From Kipferlia bialata (lineage: Eukaryota), in contig BDIP01000004.1 of NCBI GenBank assembly GCA_003568945.1, positions 1 through 53,317 of the forward strand: DNA of 53,317 nucleotides. The letters run 5' to 3'. Every line of letters begins with the position of its first letter. Position 1 is the first letter of the stretch. Below, piece by piece: positions 12,197-25,900 of the stretch. The translations under genes were made by a program, and so were the position numbers. The notes below the pieces were generated by a model. That model saw nothing but the letters and a program-made list of their open reading frames with translations, did no database searches and was not told where the DNA came from.

Positions 12197-13534
12197 CTCC
12201 ACAATGGCAATGGTGGGCCCTGGGTCTGTGGTGTTGTCTGTGAACAGCAGGATGTTGGGCACACAGAACACAACCCACGTGATGTACCCTAGCACAAGAA
12301 GCCACACAGTGCCTCTGGCCTGGTGGGTAAGAAAGAGGGAGTAGTGTCTGTGAGTGGTAGGGGGGGGGGTGAATACCTTCTTTCTCTCTCCCGACACTGA
12401 CCGTGGGAGGCCAATTGCAATCAGGAGAGTGAGCCACAGGGCAATGAGGGCACAGAAGATGCGCATGAATGCATAGAACAGGTTGTATACACCTGGGAGG
12501 TCAGGGTATGGCTGGATACATCACCCTTTTTCAAACACTACATGAAAGACTGGATGTCAATACATGTACTGTACTGATGTGTATATACACATACCTGTCC
12601 ATGTGAGCCCCCAGAGCACTGTCCCGTCGTCACTGGTGGAGACCGATGCCTCAGGCACCACATACGCCAGGTAGAGAGACACCCCAGACAGAGAGGCAAG
12701 GACAACAAGCACAATGTTGCCTGGGGGTGAGATTGAACTCGCCAAGACATGTATATATATACATATATATACGAACCTGGGCTACCCCAGAATGATGACC
12801 CAAATGACACCGACTGTGTGTGCCTGGCTGCCGTGCCCTTCCCGTCCTTCCTCTGGGTGCGGTGCCTAAGCTGGAGGGTCAGAGGGGGAGAGAGAGAGAG
12901 GGAGGGAGACAGGACACTATTGGACACTGCACTAGTCACTATATACACTATGTGCACCCATACCTGGTGATAGAGTGCCAGGGGGAATGTGAATGGGGCC
13001 ACTGCCCTGATGAGGCCCTCTGCCCAGGACAGCACGGTGGTCAGGGTCTGGCTGTTGTACACAAGGCTGTACAGACGCAGGGCCTGTACACCAGTCGTGG
13101 CGGCCATCAGTACATAGAAGTATATCCAGCACGTGGCCGAGATCTTGACGCCAGTGTTCTGGGGGTGTTAGAATGAATATGTATGCAGGCTAAGAATACA
13201 TCCATACACAACCACCCCTCTCCCCACCCATCCTACCTTGAAGCTGAGGATCCTGACCCCGTTGTATCTGACCCCTATGACGACCGCTGCCACTATGGAC
13301 ACTATGCACACCAGGGTGGATGCAAGGATGGAGGATAGGTAGGGTATGTTGATGTACTCCTGGGCAGCGGAACAGTCGGTGGGGAGCCGGATGGTGCTGG
13401 GGGGAGAGAAGAACAGGGGGGAAACTACACATAGACACCAGGAAAACACACCTACACCACTGAAAAAGGCAAAAGAGCCAATAGACTAGGGAAGGACCAG
13501 ATAGAGTATTTGCAACATCGGATCGGATACTCAT
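12197..13534 (-). CDS. multi-pass membrane protein (signal-like N-terminus plus 6 visible TM helices, 7TM-like); no stop codon of its own
   Basis: Seven in-phase exons: MSIRSDVANT...WCS / TIRLP...SSILASTLVCIVSIVAAVVIGVRYNGVRILSFK / NTGVKISATCWIYFYVL...FPLALYHQ / LRHRT... / NIVLVVLASLSGVSLYLAYVV / YNLFYAFMRIFCALIALWLTLLIAIGL / GTVWLLVLGYITWVVFCVPNILLF...IAIVE|gt. Confidence 0.75.
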
Positions 13535-13924
13535 CTATAGGCGGGATAACCCTTCCACAAATTGATATATATCCTACCTGATGTCACTGGGATCCACGTG
13601 GATGTTCAGGTGACTGGCTATCGTGTCCCAGAGGCCACTTCCGGAGCCATCGGCCATCTCAGTGGATTTTCTCCGCCCTCTCGGCCTCAAAAGTGCTCTA
13701 AACTACCTCAAGGGCTACTAGACTACGTAAGAGTTCCTGAGAGACGCTACAGACGCAAGTAGTGGTAGATCAGTAGCGTGGTAAAGAAGAGTCTGGTCAA
13801 TGATCATAAGGGTGCAGAGTGTTAAAAGCCAAAAACTCTGTATCACTCAACCTTGCTCTCTGAACAAGGTACCAGGCCTAGTAGCCTTGAGAAGAAGGCA
13901 GAGAGACTTCCTTGCTTCTGGCAC
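13535..13924. promoter_or_regulatory. probable bidirectional promoter/5' UTR region
   Basis: 390-bp spacer between divergent ATGs at 13534 (-) and 13925 (+). No specific element identified. Confidence 0.35.
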
Positions 13925-16900
13925 ATGGCCCCAAAGTCCAGCCAACGGGGCAAGCACCGGAAGAGCGGTGCGAGCCATGGGAGTAAGGCTGCGCGGGATG
14001 TGGCGCCTCCCACTGGCCTCTATACTATGAGCCATGCCATTGCCTCCCTGACATCCAACGGACACTGCGAGGCACGGGCACCCCCGCCCTGCCTTGATAC
14101 GGTGCCCCCACCCCCTGTACTGTCCATGTTTCCCGATGTGCCCCCTCACATACCCCCAGCCCCTGAGCAGGTGCCATCAGAGGGGGCAGAGGGGGCAGAG
14201 GGGGAGGGGAAGGAAGAGGAGGCTCCCCTCAGGCCGTCGCAGACTGTGTCTCTGCATGTCAGAGAGAGCCTTGATGCAACCGTGTCTGATGCCTCTCTCT
14301 CAGGACCCAGCTGCGACAATGCCATGCACCTCACAGCCCTGTACCTCTGTGCACCAGGTATGCATGGGTGCACTCTGCAATTCTTTTCTCATACTGTTTG
14401 ATATTAGATTCCTGTGGATGCAGTGGTCAATTGTGATATTGACACACTGTATCCGTATCATCTCTTGTTCTGCCGCCAGAGTCTCCCTCCTCTCTCTCTC
14501 TTCACCCATTCCCCTCCCCCTCCCCTGATCCCAGCATATGAGGACTGCCCCCCCTGTTCGAGTGGGTCCTACCCCCGAGGCAGTGCCGGCCCCGCCCCCC
14601 TGTCCCGACTGCACTATGCCGCCTCCTTCCGCCTGGCGGCATGGCTCATGGGGGCAGGGGCCAAGGGGATATCAAAGGCAGGCCTCGAGGCACACACTCA
14701 GGTATGTACATGGTTGTGTATGTATATATGTGTAGATTGGTGACTGACCCGCAGGTGTCTCTATATAGGAACAAGGGCAAGAAGGGCCTGACACAGAGAC
14801 AGGCAGAGGGGTGCAGTGCAGCCCAGGGCACCATATCCATAGCACCATCCCACCTGATACCCCTTCCCGTGCACCTCAGACCCGCTGCATACCTGCTGTG
14901 CCTCAGCATACTCTCTGGGGGTGTTGGGGGTGCACGCACGCACACACACAGCACTGTGGTCTTTGAGCAGCTGGTAGCACACATCACCCAGGACCGGACA
15001 GGGGCAGAGGGAGAGGGGGATGGGTACATGGACGCAACCTCACCCCTCCGGTCTGTATCAGATGACGTTGCCCCTGTGCTACCCTTGGTCAGACCTGGCA
15101 CACCCCTGCAGACCATAGTGCCCAGCATAGCCATGCACCCTGGTCTGCTGGGCATAGCCAACTCGGTCGAGGTGGCATTCATCAACTCAGGTATATACAT
15201 GCATGTATAGTATGATGGTTTGGAATCTATTGGTATGTCTCTCTCACTCCAGTGTTGTTCCCCCACGACCGGGACTGCATTGCCCCATACCCGTACCAGG
15301 TGAGTGTATATGAACTCTGTATATTCACCCCAATGTGTGTAGTCTCAAAGACATCAATCACTAGAGAGAAGGAGACTGTCTAAAACGCACTGTCTTCCCC
15401 TATGGTATTATATGGGCACTGTTCCTCCATTCCTCACCCCCAGGCCCCTCCCTCTAGCATCCTGCTGACTCCCACTGCTCTTGCACTCTCTGGCCAGGCC
15501 TTTGCCGCAGCCCATGCCGCGCCTAGTCCTGTATCCGACAGGCCCCTGCCCCTGGGCCTAGACACGGGCACAGACTGCAGTCTCTACTCGAGTCTAGTGC
15601 ATGTACCTGTCAACATGGGCGTCAGGGGGCACAGCGTGCTGAGGGCAGTCGGGGACAGGTATATACATATATATATATTTATACAAATTTGTGTGTGTTT
15701 GTGTGCCCCCCCCCCCCTCCTCCTCTTCCTCACCCTCCAGGTACTTCCAGTCCCGGCATGGTGGTGTTGAGAGGCAGAGAGAGAGGCAGGGCCTGGGGTC
15801 TAGCACTGACCCCTCCTACGGCCTCTACCAAGAGGTGGAGAGGCTGGGCAATGACGTGAGGGACAGAGAGAGACGCCTGCTCACCCAGCCCCCTGTCACC
15901 ACTTCCTCTGCCTCAGCTAGTATCCAGAACGGACACCTTACGCTACCTGCCTACCTCACGTCTCTCTCCCATGCGAGACTGGCGCTGTCAAGGTACATTG
16001 ATATTCCAGTGTGATATATAATATATCCTATCTGCACTCCCGACCCCAGGTGTGTGACTGCCGCCGAGGCCCTGGTGTGTCTGTCTGAGTATGGCACCCC
16101 CATCAGACAGAGCCTGGGCCCCGGGGTGATAGCCGCTGTCACCACTGCAGACATACTGAGACACGCCCACTTGATCAGGTGTGAGTATGTAGCATCCCTA
16201 CTCAGAGTGGGGTCAGAGGGGAACCCCGCAGAGGATGCTGCCATGGCCACCGATCTCTACAGAGGCGCCCCCCTCCCCCCCTCCCTGCCACTCTCTGTGG
16301 TGCACAGGTGGGACACGGTGATGGATGTGGTGAGGGTCGGGTACTCTGACCTGTCCACTAGGGGAATGCCGCTCAAGAGATGGGAGAGACGCCTCATCAC
16401 ATACTGCAGACACGTCAGGGTGGAGGTGTTCTCACCATCATCCCTGGGCCTCTTCAGGTACGTATGGCGTAGTTGTGCTTTGGTATATATCCCCCCCTCC
16501 CCGTATTGTACATATAGTCTTATGCCCAGGTGTGTGTACCTGATCGGTGCCTGGCTGGAGACAGACTCTCTGTCCCTGGCCACCGAGCACTCTCTGCCCC
16601 ACTGGTACTGCCACACACAGAGGCAGGCAGAGGGAGATGGAGAGGCAGGTGCCAAGGCTCAGGGAACTGAGGCTACGGAGGCTACTGAGGACACCTCTGC
16701 AGCTGACCCCCGCCCCTCTGTCAATTGGACTGTGGGTAGAGAGGCATGGGAGCATGTGGGGAGGAGTAGGTGGGTGGTAGCAGACATATATGTATTAATT
16801 ATATTCAATTCATAACCGACAGGCTCTGGGTGCCATTCTTGTTACTATTGTTCCCCCCGTCTCTCTTTATCTATTTGTCTAACCTGATAGGTTCCAGGAG

Positions 16901-19900
16901 AGAAACAAGGAGCGTCTGAAGCGTATGACCTCCTACACTGCCAAGCACTCTGCCTCGCTGCCTGCCAATAGGGGTCCCTTCTTTGACGGTGTGCATGTGA
17001 CACCCACCCCCCACACAGGCTCCCAAGATGCGTCAGGTGGTGATGGACACACACCATCTGTCCAGGGGTTGCACCATATGGGTTGCCTGGACCCCCACTC
17101 CCTCATACCAAGGGGGGGAGATGGAGAGGGGGAGAGAGAGAAGAGGGGCAGAGAGGCCGAGCGGCATCGGGTGCTGCTGGGGATGGAGGCTGAGTGCCGG
17201 ACCAGCCCCCTCTCTGTGCCTGCCCCTGCCGGTACCTGGCACCACCTGACCCAGTCCCTGTCTGCATGCATGGCAGACACGCCCCACCCCACACACACAC
17301 CCAGGAGGGGTCTCAGGGGTAAGGGGGCATCCCAAGGGAGAGACAGGATGAGGGAGAGGCAGAGGGAGAGACACCTCTCGTCGGCATTCGTCGCCAACAA
17401 GGTACGTATGCAGAGTTAGTATAGTATAATCCCCAGTGTATTCACTTACACCCACAACTGTATCTGCGTATTTAGTACTAACCCCCCAGGTGCTCTTTGG
17501 TGCCGTTCGCTCTGCCCTCTCAGACACCGGTCTCCCCACGCTAGGGGAGGTCTTCTGCACCCACCGCCCCCTGTCCCTGGTGACTAGGATACCCGGTGTG
17601 CCTGGGGTGACCAACCCATCCACACACACACTGCTGATCAGACGCTTCCCATACCACAGGGTGGAGAGGCCAGACACCCCAGAGCCAGTGCTGTGCAGAA
17701 TGCATGTCAAGGACAGGTATGCATAGTCAGTCATAGCTTAATTACTTATGTGTGTGCATGTGTAATATTGGATGGGCTTACCCCAGTGTCATTCAGTACA
17801 GACACATGTACAGGCACCTCTACAAGGATAGAGATGCAAAGGAGTGTACCCCTAGCGAGACATGTGCCGCTAAGGGGTCTGATCTCGGCTCTGAGGGTGT
17901 TTCTAAGCCTGTCCCCTCCCCCCACTCCCTAGTACCCTTCTCCCTGGAGGAGACCCTGACTGGGTCTGATCTAGCACTCAGGGTGACACAGATAGCACAT
18001 GGGGGGATGAGAGGGAGGGAGACAGAGGGAGAGAATCGTGGACACTTTGCCCAGGGTACTGAGGTCCCATCCACTACTAAGGGTGTGTCTGTGTCTGAGG
18101 GTGCAGGTGCTGAGCATGGTGAAGGTGCTCCCAGCACCCATGGTCACAGACAGGGGGAGAGAGAGAAGAAGGGAGGCGCAGTGCCATTCCCCCTGCGAGT
18201 GGCTGTCCCCCTATCAGTACCCTCTGACCCTACCCCCGCTGCCTCTGGTGGATACCCACATACAGTGCCACAGTCCCTGACCCCGGCAGACGAGTCCTAC
18301 ACTGCATACCTCGACAGGGCGCAGTGTCTGTCTGCCCCTCTAGCCATGGGTGCCTGTGGGTGGGGAGAGTCAGAGGAGGAGGAGGAGGAGGGAGAGGCAG
18401 AGAGAGAGAGAGAGGCGGGTGAGAAGCGCCCCCTCGCCCGACGGAGTGATACTATCGGTCTCCCTGTACTGAGGATATCAGTCCCCCCAAGTGGTGTGTC
18501 CACCTCTATCCGGCATGTGCTGAGGCCCCAGTCGGCCATTGAGTGGGAGGGGAGAGAGAAGGAGGTGCTGCTAAGGGAGGGAGACTCCTCCACCCTGTCC
18601 CACTTGAGGGTGAGGGTGGGTGTCGACGGGATCCCCAACCCCACCTCCCTCAGTATCAGGGAGGCCATTCGGGGGTTGGAGGCACCTGAGGAAGAGTCCC
18701 ATGCAGCCCCTTCCCCTGTGGGTACTAGAGTGGGTATGGCTGTGGCCGAGGTGGATAGCACCCAGCCACTGAGGATGGGCCTGGTCAGAGACATTGAGTG
18801 TGTGGACATGGGGCTGTGTGACACCCCCTCTGACACTGCTGTCCATCAGGAGGCCATGACTAAGAGGCATGTGAGGGAGTCCACATGCCTCCCAGTGCTA
18901 GAGACATCTCCCTTCTGCGGGTCCATGCACGGCCTGGCTTCTGTGGTATGTAGTGTGTATATACTATATACGTATATGTGTATTGTGTTCTCACCCCAGT
19001 GTACGGATGGTGCCCTTAACAGTGTCGTTGGCCTGGGTAGCAGTGCGGGCATGCCGGAGAAGGAGCCACGCACACAGGTGGGTATTCATGATTATGTCTC
19101 TAACGATATATATACCTATACACTATATCACTATACCCTGATCCCAGGTCCCCCTGCACCACTTCCACCTGGCTGCAGGCTGGGTACTGGGTAGTGAGGC
19201 CCTGCCCAGTGTGCTCTGCCCTGACGGTATAGAGATCACAACGAGAGAGGCCATGGACCGGCAGATACATGGGGCTGGGGGGGACACTGAGGTCCCTAAG
19301 GCCGAGTCTGTCAGGACGGTTGGGGAGGGAGAGAAGCCACAGGAAGGCACTGAGGCAACAATCGTTAGTGTGTCTGACGCTGGTGATGGGGGAGCCAGTA
19401 AGACCCAGGGGAAGAAGACTAAGACTAAGGGCAAGAAGGCCAAGAAGGCCACACCCCACCTGGATGCCATCATGGTACGTCTGATATGCACTTGTTGGTA
19501 CACTTTTGTGTATATACAAGTGTTACTCTGGTTGTGTGTGTGCATCTACTTGTTCCCCTAGTTCCCCTCACCCCTCAGCGTATGGATCTGCCCACCCTGG
19601 ACAAGTCCCTGATAGAGATGCTGGCCCAGTCAGACGAGGCAGACATACTGGAGGAGGTGGGAGGACAACTGTATAGTTGTGTGTATTACATACTCTGTGT
19701 GTGTGTGTCTGACCCCAGAGCATAGCGCAGATTAAGGCGCATAAGTTCTCGATGGCAGATTATAAGGCCAATGTGCTGGACAAGATCGCGGAGGCGTGTC
19801 TCGCTGCAGAGTCTGAGAGCGAGGCAGACGAGGTGGGAGGGGACGCAGTCACCGCGAAGGCTGCCCCTGTCAGCGAGAGAGAGAGAGAGAGAGAGACCGA

Positions 19901-22900
19901 GGTTGAGGACGTCGATGCCGTGTCCACCCTAGTGTCAGACACCGCAGCCACGCTCTCAGACACCTTCAGGGGCAGGGACATATCCTCAGGCACCCCTATA
20001 CCTGACATGGCGCAGTTGGAGAGGGAGTTCCTGGACCTACTGACCGATGAGAGTGGCACCATATCACCCTCGCTGTTCCAGAAGGGGCTCTTTGGTCTCA
20101 GAGAGTCACTGCTCAAGGGCGGGGCAGAGGACCCGTCGTGTCCCATCACTAGGTATGCACACTTCTCTCTCTCTGTGTCTCTCTCTCTCTCTCTCTCTCA
20201 GTGTCTCTCTCTGTATCTCTCTCTCCCACCTTACCCCCAGTGGTCTTATACGTGCCGCCTCCCTGTGCTCTGGGGGTGTGGATGCCATTGGTGCTCTGTC
20301 CTCCCTAGTGCCTATGCTCTTTGGCGACGAGGGAGAGGGGGAGGGGGAGGACTCTGCCTCCGGTCCCAAGGAGGGAGAGAGAGAGGGAAAGGAGGGAGAG
20401 GACAAGGGTGCTGTCCCTGCTGTCTCAGAGGCTACAGGTGATGAGACTCCCACCCCAGAGCTAGCTAAGGGAGAGGAGACAGCGACAGAGGCTCCATCTG
20501 TCAAGCCTACCCCCACTGAGACTGGGACTGAGGGAGAGGGAGAGGGAGAAAGTGTACCTGTGGTTCCTATGGCACCTACTGATGCTGCTCCATCTTCTAC
20601 CCCTACCCCTACCCCTGCCAAGGCTAAGGCCAAGACCCAAGGCAGACAGAGGCCTGAGGTGCGGTCCAGGACCACCAAGGGCAAGACTAGGGCCAAGGCC
20701 AGCAAGAAGGGCAAGAAGACCAAGACTGTCAAGGGGAAGGGGAAGGCGGTGAAGCCCAGACCCAAGCCTGAGGAGGCTGTCCCTCCACCACCCACTGAGG
20801 CTGAGGTTGTACCTGTCGCTGATACTACTACCACTACAGATACACCTGAGAGTGGAGCACAGACACAGGCACAGACAGAGGTGCATGTAGAAACAGAGGC
20901 TAGTACTGATGTGTCTGACGTGAGTGCACCTGAGAGTAGAGTGCAGTCTGAGACACCGTCTGGGGCCACCACACCTCCCTCTTCCTCGGAGGGAGAGGGA
21001 GAGTCGGCAGAGGGTGAGGACGTGGCTGATGATGCCGCCTCCCCCGCCTCTGCCCCCGTTCCTGACCCTGTGTCTCAGGCTGCCCTGCACCTAGGCCTTA
21101 TGCACGAGTACACAGAGCAGCACCAGCCCCGCCTGGCCCTGGCCGTCTCCTCTGCACTCTCCTCCCTGGCACAGGCAGCACCGGAGCTGGCACAGTGCAC
21201 GCCACTCAGAGAGGTAGGGGAGCTTGCATGTTTGTGATAATCTCATTATTCCTCTCTCTCTCTTTCTGACCTCTAGGTGTTCGAGGGAGCCAACCCCGGT
21301 ACCCTCATCGGCCACATCACCCATGCCGCATGTGCCCATGGGTACTGTGCCACCACTGTGTACCCCCTCACCAAGGAGGGGAGGGAGCCCATATCCACAA
21401 TGGTGGCCCAGGTAGTGTGTATAGTACTGAATACACCATTAGTATTTTGTATATATGCCTCTCACCCCAGCTGCTGTGGGCCAATGCCAGCCAGACCTTT
21501 GGGGACACAGACCACCCTGTCTACCCCCACCTGGCTGCCTTGCTAGGGGGGTGCCTAAGGATAGAGGACACAGCCCTCTTTGCGAGGAACGTACTGGCTG
21601 TCCTCACCCAGGCAGTCTCTGCCTACATCCACACCCACCTCGTGCACACCCCTCAGTCCAGCACCTTGCTCATGCAGTGCTCCCTTGCCAATAGGGTGGT
21701 GGTGCAGGGGGGTGTACCCATCACCAGACAGAGCATAGAGAGGGCTGGTCTGCTCAGACAGGGCATCAGACACCAGGTGCTGAGTGTGCTCTCCAAGGAG
21801 GCCGGCCAGGAGTGCCTAGCTGCCACCTCCTCCGTGTTCTGTCTGCCCTATGTCGAGTTCAGGGTGAGGTCCACCTACATGCAGGCCCTGGGCATGAGGG
21901 ACGCCCTCAGGCACAGGAGTGCCAATGACCAGGCCTTTGTCTTGTCTGTCTGTGCCGCAGACATCGACCCCTGCTACCTCAGGATGTATGTGCAGAACAT
22001 GCCAAAGGGGAGGCTCAAGAAGCTCTTCAAGACAACCACACAGCAGGTAGGGGGGTACTCCTCATGTGATGCATGCACTGACCCATACTGTCTGCCTCTC
22101 TGTGTGTATATATATATGACCCTAACCCTAGGTGCAGCAGCACTTGGCGTGGTCTGCCGGTCAGATGCGGTCCATCCTACACGAGGCTGGGCCTAGTTCG
22201 GGACAGGGAGGGCTTGGGGCAGGGCCTAGGGTGAGTCAATACATATACAGTGTAACTACTAGTAGTCTCTGACCTGCAGGTGTTCAGCACCCCTCCCTGT
22301 GGCAAGGAGGTCCTGCCCATCCTGGCAGCCATTGAGACAGATACCGAGGGGACAGGGCGTCTGTCCGTCCCTGACCTTGGGGAGTGGGTAGGGGGGTCAG
22401 ACCCTGCAGGGGAGGAGGGGGCAGAGACCCCACCCACAGATGGTGAGGCAGAGGCAGACGAGGAGGAGGACATGGAGAGAGAGATGGAGAGAGAGACAAG
22501 GCGCCAGATGGCCGAGGAGGACAGGGTGGTTGGCATCATAGCCTCCCTCTCTGCCAAGCTTCATCAGACTGTGCTGGACACTAGGGGAGAGGGTGCCTCT
22601 AAGGCAGACCACGGCCTAGGACCCATCTGCCACTCTGTCCTAGCCTCGTTCCTACTGGAGGATGTGCCCAACGTCAAGTGAGTGCATAGGGGTTTCTCTC
22701 TCTCTCTCTCTCTCTTGGTCCCTCCATCTTCAGTGACTTGGGTAATACTTTGTGGTTGTCAAGAGGCTTTTCGTTCTCCTCTTCTTACCCCAGGGAGCGT
22801 GTGTCCCAGCTCGTGTCTGAGCTAGACGGGACCCCAGAGGCTCTGGAGTTCCTACTTCTGCTTGATAGGTATAGTAGTGCTATATACCTACACACACACA

Positions 22901-25900
22901 CATATATATATAGGTACTTGTACCCTTCCATTGACCCCCAGGCTCTCCAGCACCCACAGACATGCCCGGAGACTGGCCGACAGACACCTCTACGACAGAC
23001 TGACTGTGCCTGTGGACATGGGAGGTCAGACAGAGACAGAGACAGAGGGAGAGACAGAGGGAGAGGGAGACACAGATGGTGAGGGTGCACAGGCTGACGA
23101 GACTGCGGTGCACAACCACCCTCTGTACGGTGATGTACGGTACCTGGCCCTGATCGACATGCTGTATGGTGACACATACGAGCCGGGGTGCCACCTACTG
23201 GCAAAGTGAGTGGCTGTGTGTGTATCTGATCTCCATTGTATGATTCTCTCTCTCTCTCTCTCCCCCCCTCCCCCTCATCCCAGTGTGGACCAGGAGAGAC
23301 AGAGGCTGCAGGACAAGGAGACAGCTGCAGGGACCCTCCCCGGCCTATCCAATGCCCTGTCTACCGACATGGCATGCAACCAGTATGTAGCCGGTGAGTT
23401 GCAGCGGTGTGCCACCAACCGCGTGGCCCTCTCCTCCGTCACCAAGGCCACCCTCGGCTGCCACCCCCTGTCCCACGAGCTGCTGCTCTCCTACCTAGGT
23501 GTAGCGCCAGGTGTGCTGGGTGAGACCGGACAAGGTGCCGGGGGGGCAGAGGGAGAGGATACCGGGGAGCTGACAGTGAGAGAGGCCCTCCAGATGTCTG
23601 GGTCCTCCAAGCCATTCCCAGACAAGCCAGTGACACAGCGGGTGCTCTATGCATACATATCCTCCCTGCTGGCTGTAGAGGTGTCCCCTACCACCACCCC
23701 TCACTCCCCCGTGGCCCAGTCTAGACTGGCTGTCCAGCTGTGCGACAGACTGGTGGTGAGGGAGGCCCCCGAGGCCAAGGCCGGCCCTGCCAACAACCAG
23801 AAGGACATGGCCGACCAGGTGGAGGTGGTGTATCAGTCCCAGTCCCATGGAGACATCACCACGTGTCCCTCTGAGGGAGTGGCTCTCAGCCTGTCTCTCA
23901 AGGCCGTGGTGGGTGCATTTGTACGCGATACAGGCATCCACGCTGCATACCTCGACTGGGTGGCAGGTGCAGAGGCAGAGGGGGACGCTGGGGATAAGGA
24001 AGGGCCTGAGACTGATACTCCAGGGGACAGGGAGAGAGCAGCCATCCACTCATCCAAGCTGTACAGCGGAGTGCTCTCCCTGCTGCCTCTCTTCCCCTCC
24101 CTGGTGGCTGAGCTCAGACAGAGGGTGCTGGCCACCATGCTGGGGCACTACCTGTACCTAGCAGTGGGGCAGAGCCAGCCCCTGCTGTCTGAAGAGGAGG
24201 AGGCCCAGACTAAGGCAGCCGCAGAGGCAGCGGCAGAGGGCGACGCTGATGCCGGGTCTGCAGTGCAGGATGCACAGAGGGACAAGGTGCAAGCTAGGGC
24301 GGCACAGAGGCTGAGGTGTGTGGACATATGCGTCAGGTGCTGGCGGGTACTGATGCCCGAGGGCCCAGTCACTACCTCTGCAGCAGGTGTCCCTACTGAT
24401 ACCACTGACAGTGAGCCTAGCGCAGCAGAGTCTCTCTCTGTGTCTCTCTCTAGTACTGTGGAGAGGCAGAGCCGGGCACTATCCACTGCGCTGACTACCA
24501 TGCCCTCTGAGGCTGGGCCCAGTGACATCATGCAGTGTCTGTTCCGCATCACATCGGGTCAGGGAGTGGAGGAAGGCAAGGACATATGGGGTAGGGACGC
24601 CAAGGGGGAGACCAAGTCCACCCCTGATTCCTCCTCTGCCCATGCCCCCTCTCTCTCTGCCTCAGTGCTCACCGCCCTCACTAGTGGATGGCTGTGCGCC
24701 CATAGTGTATCATGCTCCAGTGTGATAGGTGGCATGGGCAAGGGTAAGGGCAAGGCTGAGGCCTCCCCCGCCGACCTCACTGCTAAGCTTGTGGCAGGTG
24801 CCATGTACATCAAGGACATTGCAGCACACCCCGTGACAGCAGAGAGGGAGAAGCTCAACCAGATTGTGAGGACAAACATTGCAACTGTGGTGGGGATCGA
24901 ACATGCAAGGTACGCTAGTAGTATACAAACATTTCATTATACACTATCTACTCTGCTTCCCCTCACACTGCCCTTCACCTCTCAGGAGTGACTTTGTAGG
25001 CTCTGGCCCCCTGTCCGACCTGCACCTCCTTGGTCTGTACCACAGACTGGGTGTAGTGGAGGCAGATGAGTGTGGGGTGGAGGGTGAGGGGGTGTCTAGT
25101 GATAGCCCGACCCCCCAGGGCATTGCTGTGTCAGCCCCTGCCGCCCAGGTGCTGTCCTCCTCTCTCTCTGACACTGAGTCCACAGCCATGACCCTGGAGC
25201 AGAGGCACATGGTGGCTGCCTGGCAGGGGGACTGTGTGGGCATACCCTATGCCCTTAGACAGAGGGTGCTGCATGCAACCAAGGCCAGGCAGGGCATGGG
25301 TGGTCTATCCAAGGCGGCGCTGAAGAAGGCGGTCAAGAGGGCCCACACACAGAGTGGACCCAACTACACGGAGCACCTTGATGTGCTGCATGGGTTTGTG
25401 CTGTCCCTGTTTGCATACTCCATCGTCAACCAGTTCAGCATCGACATTGGGGCTGCATACCTCCTGAGGACCAAGTCCAAGGCCAAACCTAGGAGGGTAG
25501 AGGCGCCCAAGGCACCTACACTGCCTGCAGCACCAGCAGAGGCAGAGGGAGAGGGAGAGGGAGAGGGAGAGGGGGAGACCAAGGCTGATACTCCACCCCT
25601 TGTTGAGACTACACCCCCTGTACCCACTGTACCCAAGGTCAGGTCACCAACCGAGAGTGTGCACTCTCTGGTCCTGGCCAAGGGGTCCAAGGGTGGGGTG
25701 TCTATGTGTGAGCCTACCATGCCTGTGGTGGGCAGAATGGCCCTGCTCCACCCCTCCCCCACACCCCTGCTGCTAAGTGTCTGGATGGGTAGGCTCAGAC
25801 ATGCCTTGCTCCACGTGCACCAGCTCTCCCTCTCCCCCACCTCCCCCATCCCCTACCCCCTCACCTGGTCCGTGCTGCTTGAGTGTGTTGCCCACCTAGA

